Of a DNA stretch of 64,000 bases, positions 8,842-18,026 are shown piece after piece. The position numbers and the translations under genes were made by a program. The number at the start of each line of letters is the position of its first letter. The first letter of the stretch is position 1. This DNA is from an uncultured Alphaproteobacteria bacterium (GTDB lineage: Bacteria; Pseudomonadota; Alphaproteobacteria; Paracaedibacterales; CAITNM01), in contig CAIQTY010000030.1 of NCBI GenBank assembly GCA_903874955.1, positions 7,846 through 71,845 of the forward strand. The letters are read 5' to 3'. The notes under the pieces are model-generated. The model searched no databases. It was given only the letters and a program-made list of their open reading frames with translations, and was not told the origin of the DNA.

Positions 8842-11007
8842 ATGATGGGTTCTTTTAGAAGCATTAGAAACGAAATTTTAATAAAAGTTATTTTTATATT
8901 AGTATTTTCTATATGTGCTTCTGTTGCTTACAACTATTTTGCTGGAACAGCATTGGCTATTGCTAATGCCTCAAAATCCATTCAAAAACTTAACTCATCC
9001 ATAATTTTTCGCTCGACAAGTTATTTACTTGATTCGAACAATATTGCTCAACGCGGAGCAAATTTGGTTAGCAAAGGTTTTTTATCAAATACATTTGAAG
9101 CAGCTTTAGATTATATGTTTGACGTATTAAAAACTTCTGCTGTTACGCATAGTTTAAGCGTTGGTCTAGAAAAAGGCTTCTACATGAGCCTCAGTAAAAT
9201 TTCGAAGGAATCTGATAAAATTGAGGATATTCCAGAAAATGCAGCCTTTATTTTACGTGTAATTAAAAATGGATTTAGCGACTCAGAAATACAAGAAACT
9301 TTTTATGATAAAAATCAAATTGAGATTCCTTTTAAACCAAATAAAAAAAACTTTAGCGTTAGTGACTTCCGTAAACTTTTTTGGTATTCGAAGTCTTTTG
9401 AAAGCAACGAGGCCTGTTTATCAGATATTCATGTTCATAGTGAGCAAAATCTTCCTTGTATCACCGCATCCATACCAGTGCATGACAACAACAAACAAAA
9501 AATTGGTGTGTTTGCTGCAAGTATTAGCACTCAAGAGCTCTCTAGTTTTATTAATGATATGCTCCCAACCGATTATTCAAATTCCTTCATTGTTGATAAT
9601 GATAGAAAAATTATAGCGAGCTCGGATTTAGAAAAAACGACAGTCCATGACAAACAAAATAATATTTCTATCATTACCAGTAAAAATTTAACTGATAACA
9701 CTTTAGACATGGCATTAAATCAGTACAAAAGTGATTTGAAAGGCAAAGATTTAGATGAAAATATTTTTTATTTCAAGAACGACAAAGCTAATTTTATTGT
9801 ATCCATCAATAATTTTCCTATCTCTGTTGGATTAAATTGGAGACTAGTTTCTATAACACCTTCATCAGTATTTACAGTGGATGCATTTAATATTCAGCAA
9901 AATAGCATTTACCTAGCCGTAGTGATTTTATTGATTGCTATGTTCATGGTTTATTTTGAAGCTCAAAAACTTTCGGAACCAATAAAACACTTGGCAATAG
10001 AGGCAAAAAAAATTCAATCATTAGATTTAGGTGACATCATGTTTCTTAATTCAGATATTGCTGAAATTCGTGAGCTCACTGACACAATGGAAGCTTCAAA
10101 AAGAAACTTACAAAATTTTTCTAAGTACGTTCCAAAAGGACTTGTTAAACAGTTTATTGAAAGTCAGGAAGAAGTTGAAATCGGAGGAAGTACAAAAGAG
10201 ATAACAATAATGTTTACTGATGTTGCAAACTTTACAACAGTTTCAGAATCGATGTCTCCACAAGAACTGATGATTCATATTTCAGATTATTTTGATAATT
10301 TAACCAACATCATTATCGAAAATAATGGAACAGTCGATAAGTTTATCGGTGATGCAATTATGGCATTTTGGGGGGCACCAGTTGCAAACGCAAATCAAAC
10401 TATTGATGCATGCCGGACAGCACTTTTATGTCAGCAATCCCTAAATAGTCTCAATAATTTTTGGAAAGAAAGTGGAAAAGCCCAGCTTGTTACAAGATTT
10501 GGTATTAATTTTGGCAATGCTGTTATTGGTAATGTTGGATCCTCGGAGAGAATGAACTACACAGCAATTGGTGATACGGTTAACCTTGGGGCACGTTTAG
10601 AAGGAATTAACAAAATGTATGGCACCAACGTTATTATTAGTGATTCAGCTTATGAACGATTAAATCCTAATTTTATTGTACGTCCCTTAGATGTTGTAAC
10701 TGTTAAAGGTAAATCAAACCATACAAAAATTTATGAGTTGGTTGGAATAAAGGATGACAAAGAACTTTACCCGATACCTGAAAAACATGTTACTTTTTGC
10801 GAAAATTTCACAACTGCTTTTGATTTTTATTTAGAAGGGAATTGGGCAAAAGCAAAAAAAGCTTTTGAACTCTTAAACACCCTTAACCAAAAAGAGCTTC
10901 ATTATCAAGATATTCTTATACCAGTTTACATAAAAAGATGTGCTGATTTTATTAAAAATCCACCCAAAAATGGTGTATTTGAGGCAAGGCATTTAGATGA
11001 AAAATAA
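8842..11007 (+). CDS. membrane-bound class III adenylate/guanylate cyclase with Cache-like periplasmic domain and HAMP
   Basis: TM, a ~310-aa extracytoplasmic region, TM, a HAMP-like segment, then cyclase motifs: ITIMFTDVANFT, KFIGDAIMAFWGAP, RFGINFGNAVIGNVGS, YTAIGDTVNLGARLEG. Confidence 0.8.
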   Translation: MMGSFRSIRNEILIKVIFILVFSICASVAYNYFAGTALAIANASKSIQKLNSSIIFRSTSYLLDSNNIAQRGANLVSKGFLSNTFEAALDYMFDVLKTSAVTHSLSVGLEKGFYMSLSKISKESDKIEDIPENAAFILRVIKNGFSDSEIQETFYDKNQIEIPFKPNKKNFSVSDFRKLFWYSKSFESNEACLSDIHVHSEQNLPCITASIPVHDNNKQKIGVFAASISTQELSSFINDMLPTDYSNSFIVDNDRKIIASSDLEKTTVHDKQNNISIITSKNLTDNTLDMALNQYKSDLKGKDLDENIFYFKNDKANFIVSINNFPISVGLNWRLVSITPSSVFTVDAFNIQQNSIYLAVVILLIAMFMVYFEAQKLSEPIKHLAIEAKKIQSLDLGDIMFLNSDIAEIRELTDTMEASKRNLQNFSKYVPKGLVKQFIESQEEVEIGGSTKEITIMFTDVANFTTVSESMSPQELMIHISDYFDNLTNIIIENNGTVDKFIGDAIMAFWGAPVANANQTIDACRTALLCQQSLNSLNNFWKESGKAQLVTRFGINFGNAVIGNVGSSERMNYTAIGDTVNLGARLEGINKMYGTNVIISDSAYERLNPNFIVRPLDVVTVKGKSNHTKIYELVGIKDDKELYPIPEKHVTFCENFTTAFDFYLEGNWAKAKKAFELLNTLNQKELHYQDILIPVYIKRCADFIKNPPKNGVFEARHLDEK

Positions 11008-11046
11008 TTTTTATAAGTAAAGATAGAAACTACCCGGAGAATATTT

Positions 11047-12267
11047 ATGCAAATGATCAATAAAATAAATACTTTCTTTCCTGAAGTTACAACCCATATG
11101 GGTGCAGGCCCGTGTGTAGCACATCCGCGTGTATTGCAGGCTATGGAACGCCCAGCTATAAGTCATTTGAGTGCTGATTTTTTGGATCTATGCCAAATCG
11201 TTCGTGGTCAACTTCAATACCTTTTGCAAACTAAAAATGATTTTACCATTCCGTTTCAAGGACCTGCCTCAGGAGCGCTAGAAGCCGCATTAACAAGCAT
11301 ACTTGAACCTTCTGATACAATTTTAATTTGTCAAAATGGTCTCTATAGTGAGCGTATGGCGGAAATTGCTAAGCGTTTAGGTGCAAATGTAGTGACCGTA
11401 AGCCATGAATGGGGTGAAGCACTTGATTTAAACCGAATAGATGCAGCTCTAAAAACCAATAACAATATTAAAGTGGTTGGTTATGTTCACGCAGAAACAA
11501 CTACCAATAGAATTAATGATCCAATCGCGCTGCAATCCATATTCAATAAATATGAATGCTTAGTGTTAGTTGATGCAACCGGTTCCATATTAAATCAACC
11601 AGTGCTTACCGATGCTTGGGGTTGGGATATTGTTTTTACAAATGCACAAAAATGCCTAGCTGCTCCGTCTGGCTTATCGCCGTTAAGTATTTCAAATCGT
11701 GCAATACAAAAAATTCGCACCAGAAAAACTCAAGCTTCATCTTGGATGTATGATCTTAATTACCTAATAGACCTATGGTACGAAAAATCTTCTATTTCTA
11801 GACCATTTCACCATAACCCACCTGTAAACATTATGTATGGCCTGCATGAAGCCTTAACCTTAGTTCAAGAACAAGGCATAGAAAATATCTGGAAACGTCA
11901 TCATACACTTGGCCATATATTAAAAAACGGCCTTGAAGCAATTGGGCTTGAAGAACATTTTGCTGTCCCCCGTGAAAATCAAATTATGAATATGACATGC
12001 TATAGCAACCCGAAAGGTCTTGATGATCAGAAATTTCGAGAAAACCTGACCTTAAAACATCGTCTCTCAATAAGCTCTGGGATGGGAAAATTATCAGGTA
12101 AAGTTTGGAGAATTTCCACCATGGGAAATATTTATCTAAGAGATGTATTAACTTGTTTGACCTTGATTGAGTTTGGCTTGATAAATGCCGGAGTTTGCAA
12201 ACATGAATCAGGTACCGCAATCAGGTCTGTTGAAAACGATATCAAAAAAGCGATGGAGGAACTCTAA
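11047..12267 (+). CDS. class V aminotransferase (alanine/serine-glyoxylate aminotransferase family)
   Basis: PLP-lysine context FTNAQKCLAAPSGLS resembles AGXT-family SGSQKxLxxPPG. Length 406 aa. Confidence 0.75.
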   Translation: MQMINKINTFFPEVTTHMGAGPCVAHPRVLQAMERPAISHLSADFLDLCQIVRGQLQYLLQTKNDFTIPFQGPASGALEAALTSILEPSDTILICQNGLYSERMAEIAKRLGANVVTVSHEWGEALDLNRIDAALKTNNNIKVVGYVHAETTTNRINDPIALQSIFNKYECLVLVDATGSILNQPVLTDAWGWDIVFTNAQKCLAAPSGLSPLSISNRAIQKIRTRKTQASSWMYDLNYLIDLWYEKSSISRPFHHNPPVNIMYGLHEALTLVQEQGIENIWKRHHTLGHILKNGLEAIGLEEHFAVPRENQIMNMTCYSNPKGLDDQKFRENLTLKHRLSISSGMGKLSGKVWRISTMGNIYLRDVLTCLTLIEFGLINAGVCKHESGTAIRSVENDIKKAMEEL

Positions 12268-13949
12268 TGACAGATAAAAAAAAACCCACTGTGGTAATTA
12301 TTGGTGCAGGTGGAGCAGCAATGACGGCGGCAATTGAGGCTGCTCAGGCAGGAGCACAAGTTAACGTAATAACAAAGGCAATATATCGAGAAAATGACTA
12401 TACATGGGGATCTGATGGAGGATGCACATGGAAAACACATGGTTTTAATGCTGCTGTGGACCCTTCTGATAATGTTGAAAGTCATATTGCTGATACTTTA
12501 AACGGTGGTGTTAGAGCAGCTAATCCTGAACTTGTCTCAGTTTTGTGCCATGGAGCGGTTGAACTTGTAACATGGCTTGAATCACTTGGTGTACCATTTT
12601 CAAAGTCTGACTCTTCTTTCTCATCGAGACCATTTGGTGGATGTGAAGTTCCCCGCTCAGTATTTTTTGAAGATAAGCTAGGTTTTTTTATACAAAAATC
12701 TCTTATTGAAAAAATAAAAAAATATAAAGAAAGCATCAAGATCATAGAAGGTTGTCGTGTTATTGACCTTGTAAAAAATGATCATGATAAAATCATTGGT
12801 GTGAAAGCCATGAAAATTCACACCTTGGAATATATTTTTGTTCAAGCTGATTCCATTATCATCGCCGATGGTGGAGGCGCTTCGATGTATTTGCCAACTG
12901 CAGTGTCTGTGGACAAAACTTCAGATGGTATTGCAATGGCGTTGCGAGCTGGTGCAAAAGTAATTGATTTAGAATTTGTACAATTTCACCCAACTGGCAT
13001 TGCAACCCATGTTCCTGTTTTTGATGGTTCCCTAGTGGAAGAGGCTATCCGCTATGACGGAGCACGCTTGCTTAACAAATATGGTGAACAATTCATGTTT
13101 AACTATAGCCCCACAGGGGAAAAAAGTACTCGTGATATTGTTTCACGAGGTATATATTCAGAAATCATGGAAAAGCGCTGTTTTGATAACAATGCGGTGA
13201 ATTTAGATGTGAGTCGTTGCAAGCATTTGATTAAAGATAAATACCCTGCACTCTACGAACGATTAACTCAGGCTGGTTTCTCCCCTGAGATAGTTTCTAA
13301 TATCTATGTAAGACCAACAGCTCATTACTTAATGGGGGGGCTGCTGATCAATAAAAATACAGAAACAACTTTAGAAGGTGTCTTTTGTGCAGGCGAGAGT
13401 TCCGGTGGTGTTCACGGATCAAACCGCTTAGGTGGAAATGGTTTATCTGAAGCGCTTGTGTTTGGAAGAATTGCAGGACGAAAAGCTGCTGAATATGCTC
13501 TGGGTAAAGATGCATCTTATGACTTAGAAAATGACCCTATTGTCTTTGGTAGTTATACAAAAAGCGAGGATGGTTTTTATTCTCCGGATACCCTACTTAA
13601 TCGACTTGGCAATGATATGTATTGGCACATGGGACCGATCCGCTCAGAAACAGGTATTTTACAAATGCAAAAAATATTGGATGAAATAACAGATTTGAGT
13701 TTCCGAGTGGATATTGGACGTGGTGCTCGTGCTGCAGGTCAAATTCAAACTTATATTTCTTTGACAAATTTATTATTAGTATCAAAAATCATCTGCGATG
13801 CAGCGTTGCAGCGCAAAGAAACTCGCGGAGCACATTATAGAACAGATTATTTAGAAACCGACGAAATATACCGTCCTCGGGTATATCATTTGCTTCATTG
13901 CGGAAAAATAGAAAGCGAACAGCTACCACCTTGGAGTGCTGCGCAATAG
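12267..13949 (+). CDS. FAD-dependent flavoprotein of the L-aspartate oxidase / succinate dehydrogenase-fumarate reductase family (NadB-like)
   Basis: VVIIGAGGAAMTAAIEAAQAG dinucleotide fold, plus VQFHPTGI, AHYLMGGL, GESSGGVHGSNRLGGNGLSEALVFG and ETRGAHYRTDY. TAATG overlap with the aminotransferase gene. No Fe-S subunit is adjacent. Confidence 0.7.
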   Translation: MTDKKKPTVVIIGAGGAAMTAAIEAAQAGAQVNVITKAIYRENDYTWGSDGGCTWKTHGFNAAVDPSDNVESHIADTLNGGVRAANPELVSVLCHGAVELVTWLESLGVPFSKSDSSFSSRPFGGCEVPRSVFFEDKLGFFIQKSLIEKIKKYKESIKIIEGCRVIDLVKNDHDKIIGVKAMKIHTLEYIFVQADSIIIADGGGASMYLPTAVSVDKTSDGIAMALRAGAKVIDLEFVQFHPTGIATHVPVFDGSLVEEAIRYDGARLLNKYGEQFMFNYSPTGEKSTRDIVSRGIYSEIMEKRCFDNNAVNLDVSRCKHLIKDKYPALYERLTQAGFSPEIVSNIYVRPTAHYLMGGLLINKNTETTLEGVFCAGESSGGVHGSNRLGGNGLSEALVFGRIAGRKAAEYALGKDASYDLENDPIVFGSYTKSEDGFYSPDTLLNRLGNDMYWHMGPIRSETGILQMQKILDEITDLSFRVDIGRGARAAGQIQTYISLTNLLLVSKIICDAALQRKETRGAHYRTDYLETDEIYRPRVYHLLHCGKIESEQLPPWSAAQ

Positions 13950-13976
13950 TTAATAAGTTAGTGTGATTGAATTTGC

Positions 13977-14783
13977 TTAAAGCTTACGTGATGCCCGTCT
14001 GTGCATCACAAGACCACTTATGAGAATTCCCACGCTCACAATACCCACAATAATTGTGGCTAGGGCGTTTAGCTCTGGGGTAACGCCTGTGCGAACACTT
14101 GAAAATACTAGGATAGGTAGTGTAGTTGCTCCTGGACCAGCCAGAAAGCTAGCAATGACGACATCGTCTAATGATAGCGCAAAGGCTAATAACCAGCCTG
14201 CAAGTAATGATGGAAAGATTAAAGGAAGAGTTATTTTAAAAAATACTGTAGAAGGCTTTGCACCAAGATCCATCGCTGCTTCTTCTAATGACTTATCAAA
14301 ATCAGTTAATCGGGCTTGCACAACCAAATATATGTAAGACATTGTAAGGGTTATATGAGCAATGATGATCGTCAGCATACCTCGTTCTGAGGGCCACCCG
14401 ATTGAACGTTCCAACGTCACAAACATCAGCAGCAAAGCAAGCCCTGTAATAACTTCCGGCATCACCAATGGCGCAGAGATCAGGCCGCTAAATAAAGTTT
14501 TACCTGCAAAGCGTTTGAATCGCACCATAACGATTGCTGCCATCGTTCCTAGCGCAACAGATAAAGTCGCAACAATAGCTGCAATTTCAAAACTATTAAG
14601 CACAGCACGAATAAGAGCGTCATCTTCGAATAATTTCGCATACCAACGAGTTGAAAATCCTGACCAAACACCAATGATTCTTGAATCATTAAATGAATAA
14701 ACCATAAGATACAAAATTGGAACGTATAAGAACCCATAACCAAAAATCAGCGCCCCAAGATTAAATTTTGAAAAACGAATCAT
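13977..14783 (-). CDS. spermidine/putrescine ABC transporter permease (PotC/PotI-type)
   Basis: Six-TM permease with the EAA-like loop SLEEAAMDLGAKPSTVFFKITLPL. Last gene of an F-G-H-I-ordered operon. Confidence 0.85.
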   Translation of the reverse strand: MIRFSKFNLGALIFGYGFLYVPILYLMVYSFNDSRIIGVWSGFSTRWYAKLFEDDALIRAVLNSFEIAAIVATLSVALGTMAAIVMVRFKRFAGKTLFSGLISAPLVMPEVITGLALLLMFVTLERSIGWPSERGMLTIIIAHITLTMSYIYLVVQARLTDFDKSLEEAAMDLGAKPSTVFFKITLPLIFPSLLAGWLLAFALSLDDVVIASFLAGPGATTLPILVFSSVRTGVTPELNALATIIVGIVSVGILISGLVMHRRASRKL

Positions 14784-15736
14784 TACAGCGCTGCTTTCTC
14801 GGTAGCTTCTAATTGGCGATTTTTTAAAATCATAATCGGCACAACAAACAAGAACACCATAAGAACAGCCACTGCACTTGCTAAAGGCCAGTTTCTGTTA
14901 TTAAAAAACTCCCACCAAAGTACTCTTCCTATTGTGACTGTTTCGGGCCCCCCCAAGATTTCAGGGATAACAAATTCACCAATTGAAGGCAGAAAAACAA
15001 GAATGATGCCGGCTATAATTCCCTGTTTGGATAAGGGCACAGTAATAGACCAAAACGCTCTCCACGGAGAGCATCCAAGGTCGTGAGCAGCTTCAATAAA
15101 ATCATTATTAATTTTAATTAAGGAAGCATAGATCGGAAAGACCATAAAAGGTAAATAACAATAAATGATTCCCAAACACACAGCGGCATCATTATCCAAC
15201 AACTGTAAGGGAGTGGCAATTATATTTAATTTTAAAAGGATACTGTTTATTAGCCCCTTATTGCTTAACATCGCCATCCAGGCATATACGCGAATAAGAA
15301 AAGAGGTCCAAAAAGGAAGCGCTATCATAAGCAATAAAGGCATTCTCCAAGAAGTTTTAACTCGTGAAATGCTATAAGCAATCATGTACCCCATTATCAA
15401 ACAACCAATAGTTGAAAATAGAGCTATCCTTAATGAACTTAAAATAGCGTGTAGATAAAAATTATCTGTAAAAACAGTCCAGTAACTTTCAAAATGGAGA
15501 CGAATTTTTAAAAGAAGATCAGGCGTCCATTCAACAATATTGCGAAAAGGAGGGATGCCAACCTGCAGTTCAGAAAAACTAATTTTAAAAATAATCAGAA
15601 ACGGAAACAGAAAAAATAAACTAACCCAAGCGTAAGGAATGAAGATAATAAGCCATTTATCACGTAATTTTCTACCTATATAGCGAAGCTCGCTTAAGCA
15701 GAAATCTAAAAAATTCAATACTATCCCAAAAATCAT
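14783..15736 (-). CDS. spermidine/putrescine ABC transporter permease (PotB/PotH-type)
   Basis: EAA loop FIEAAHDLGCSPWRAFWSITVPLS. Overlaps both neighbouring genes. Confidence 0.85.
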   Translation of the reverse strand: MIFGIVLNFLDFCLSELRYIGRKLRDKWLIIFIPYAWVSLFFLFPFLIIFKISFSELQVGIPPFRNIVEWTPDLLLKIRLHFESYWTVFTDNFYLHAILSSLRIALFSTIGCLIMGYMIAYSISRVKTSWRMPLLLMIALPFWTSFLIRVYAWMAMLSNKGLINSILLKLNIIATPLQLLDNDAAVCLGIIYCYLPFMVFPIYASLIKINNDFIEAAHDLGCSPWRAFWSITVPLSKQGIIAGIILVFLPSIGEFVIPEILGGPETVTIGRVLWWEFFNNRNWPLASAVAVLMVFLFVVPIMILKNRQLEATEKAAL

Positions 15737-16884
15737 ACGCTCAATACAACACCATTTTCTGGTCTCCAGAATAAGTATACCTCGTCATCCCATTTTACAT
15801 CGCGTTCTGATAAGCGAAGTAAATTTGGCGATGAAGCTTGAACAATTTTTCCCGAATCTAATTGGACATGATAAATACTAATATCTCCGAGATACCCTAT
15901 TTCACGCACAATTCCCTTTGTACAGTTGCGTCCAAAATTAGGATTTGGACTCGTTGAGATCATCACTTTTTCGGGGCGCAAAGCAACAGTTACATTTGCT
16001 CCAACTGGCATAGAAGCTGCATGGGTTACGTAAAGTTCACAACCTGCTTCTGATGATTCTATCACAACATGATCGGGCTCATCTTCAACAACGACACCTT
16101 CAAACATATTCATCGAACCAATAAATTCAGCCACAAAACGAGAATGAGGAAATTCATAAATCTCATGAGGCTTTCCAATTTGCCTAATTTGCCCTTCATC
16201 CATAATTCCAATTCGACTAGACATGGTCATCGCTTCTTCTTGATCATGAGTTACTACAACGAAAGTAATCCCCACGCGCTCTTGAATATTCACTAATTCG
16301 AATTGAGTTTTTTCTCGTAATTTTTTATCCAGGGCACCCAGCGGTTCATCTAACAGCAACAGTTTTGGTCGCTTTGCAAGACTGCGAGCAAGCGCAACGC
16401 GCTGCTGCTGCCCACCTGAGAGTTGCTCAGGTTTACGATCTTGGTATTTGCGAAGTTGAACTAAATCAAGCACTTCATCAACTCGTTCGATTATTTGGTT
16501 TTTTGACAGCTTTTCCTGTTTCAAACCGAAGCTTATATTGTCATACACCGTCATATGCGGAAACAACGCATAAGATTGAAACATCATACTGACAGGGCGT
16601 TTATAGGGCGGCAGGTCAGTTATATCAAGATCATCAATAACAATCCTTCCGCTAGAGGGCCGTTCAAGCCCAGCAAGAATTCGCAGTAATGTTGATTTAC
16701 CACAACCAGACCCCCCAAGTAGCGCAAACAATTCTCCACGATAAATTGAAAGAGACAGATTTTTAACAGCAACTGTTGTACCAAAATTTTTATTAATATT
16801 TTCAATCAACACATAGGGTTTGGCATTCGAATCCTGCCAGGGTTCAAGATTCCTTATATATTCTCTACTTGCAGTAATTGACAT
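15733..16884 (-). CDS. spermidine/putrescine ABC transporter ATP-binding protein (PotA/PotG-type)
   Basis: Walker A GGSGCGKST, signature LSGGQQQRVALAR, Walker B LLLLDEP and a C-terminal TOBE-like domain. Confidence 0.9.
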   Translation of the reverse strand: MSITASREYIRNLEPWQDSNAKPYVLIENINKNFGTTVAVKNLSLSIYRGELFALLGGSGCGKSTLLRILAGLERPSSGRIVIDDLDITDLPPYKRPVSMMFQSYALFPHMTVYDNISFGLKQEKLSKNQIIERVDEVLDLVQLRKYQDRKPEQLSGGQQQRVALARSLAKRPKLLLLDEPLGALDKKLREKTQFELVNIQERVGITFVVVTHDQEEAMTMSSRIGIMDEGQIRQIGKPHEIYEFPHSRFVAEFIGSMNMFEGVVVEDEPDHVVIESSEAGCELYVTHAASMPVGANVTVALRPEKVMISTSPNPNFGRNCTKGIVREIGYLGDISIYHVQLDSGKIVQASSPNLLRLSERDVKWDDEVYLFWRPENGVVLSV

Positions 16885-16895
16885 ATCAAATCTTT

Positions 16896-18026
16896 CTAGT
16901 ATTCATTGAGACGAATTTTTGCCCATACCCTTGTACGTTCTCTCTCAAAAAGAACTTCTTGGGACGTTTTTGGAGGCGTATTTAAAAATAACTTTTTTAT
17001 GATATTTTTCCCAGGAAAAATTCCTTGATTATCAACAATATGCTTAGATAAATACTTTTTAGCACCACTTACTGCAATACCATGTTTTGTATTCTTGCAT
17101 ATACGCGCCGCAACATGTGGCTTTAGCATAAAATTAATAAAAGCATGAGCATTTTTGGGATGAGGTGCTCCTTTGGGAATCGCCATGGCATCTATCCAGG
17201 TGATACCCCCATCAGACGGAACATAATATTCAATATTTTTACCTTGGTCTTTTGCTTCCTCGATAGCTTGTTGTGCTTCCCCCGACCAAACCAATGCCAA
17301 AGCTGTGTCCCCCAAAACAATATCATTAACAACCCGTGATGAAGTAAATCTCTTGATATAAGGCCTCATTTTCATAAGATGCTTTGCTGCTGCATCAAGA
17401 TCTTCAAATGATGTCGAGTTTGGATTTTTATTAACATACATCAATGCAAACGGGATAACATCAACCCCCTCTTCAAGCAATGAAACACCATATTTACTTA
17501 TTTTTTGAAGATTTTTAGGATTAAACAGTAACGCTAGATTTTTCTCATAACCTCCTGGAAAAATCATATCAATAATATCTTTATTATACACTATACCAAC
17601 TGTCCCCCAAAAATACGGAAGCGAATAGGTAAGATCTTTATCTATAGCGCTCATCCAGCGCACCACTTGAGGATCAAGCTCTTTAATATTTGGCAATAAG
17701 TTTTTATCAAGTTTTTGATAGACACCCGCTTGAATTTGCCATGCTACATATGGACTTGATGTAGGGAAAACGACATCAAAACCACTATTACTAGCAAGAA
17801 GTTTTGCTTCCAATACTTCATTATTATCGTAAGCGTCTAATCTGACAGTAACACCCGTTTCATTTTCAAATTCTTTTATTGTTTCCGGATCTATTAATCC
17901 GTACCAACAGTACACATTAACATATTTATCCTCCGGCTGACGGGGGGCAGGCTTGAAATAATACCATACTCCAATACCAACTAGAGAAACTAGCAGTAAC
18001 AAACGAAACAAAAAACGAGAAAACAT
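16896..18026 (-). CDS. polyamine (putrescine/spermidine) ABC transporter substrate-binding protein (PotF/PotD-type)
   Basis: N-terminal TM/signal followed by a PotD/PotF-like sequence (VNVYCWYGLIDPETIKEFENETGVTV...). First gene of the operon, as in potFGHI. Confidence 0.85.
   Translation of the reverse strand: MFSRFLFRLLLLVSLVGIGVWYYFKPAPRQPEDKYVNVYCWYGLIDPETIKEFENETGVTVRLDAYDNNEVLEAKLLASNSGFDVVFPTSSPYVAWQIQAGVYQKLDKNLLPNIKELDPQVVRWMSAIDKDLTYSLPYFWGTVGIVYNKDIIDMIFPGGYEKNLALLFNPKNLQKISKYGVSLLEEGVDVIPFALMYVNKNPNSTSFEDLDAAAKHLMKMRPYIKRFTSSRVVNDIVLGDTALALVWSGEAQQAIEEAKDQGKNIEYYVPSDGGITWIDAMAIPKGAPHPKNAHAFINFMLKPHVAARICKNTKHGIAVSGAKKYLSKHIVDNQGIFPGKNIIKKLFLNTPPKTSQEVLFERERTRVWAKIRLNEY

Noticed and set aside
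8842-11007. Cyclase as part of a Pycsar/CBASS-like anti-phage signalling system
   Set aside because: The cyclase is a large membrane receptor (Cache-like + HAMP), typical of environmental signalling. No neighbouring gene encodes a cNMP-binding effector (TIR, TM-CNB or similar).
12267-13949. Calling the flavoprotein NadB and inferring de novo NAD synthesis
   Set aside because: Family membership is clear, but nadA/nadC are not in the window. The motifs do not let me separate NadB from other soluble SdhA/FrdA-like oxidases by eye, so I kept it at family level.
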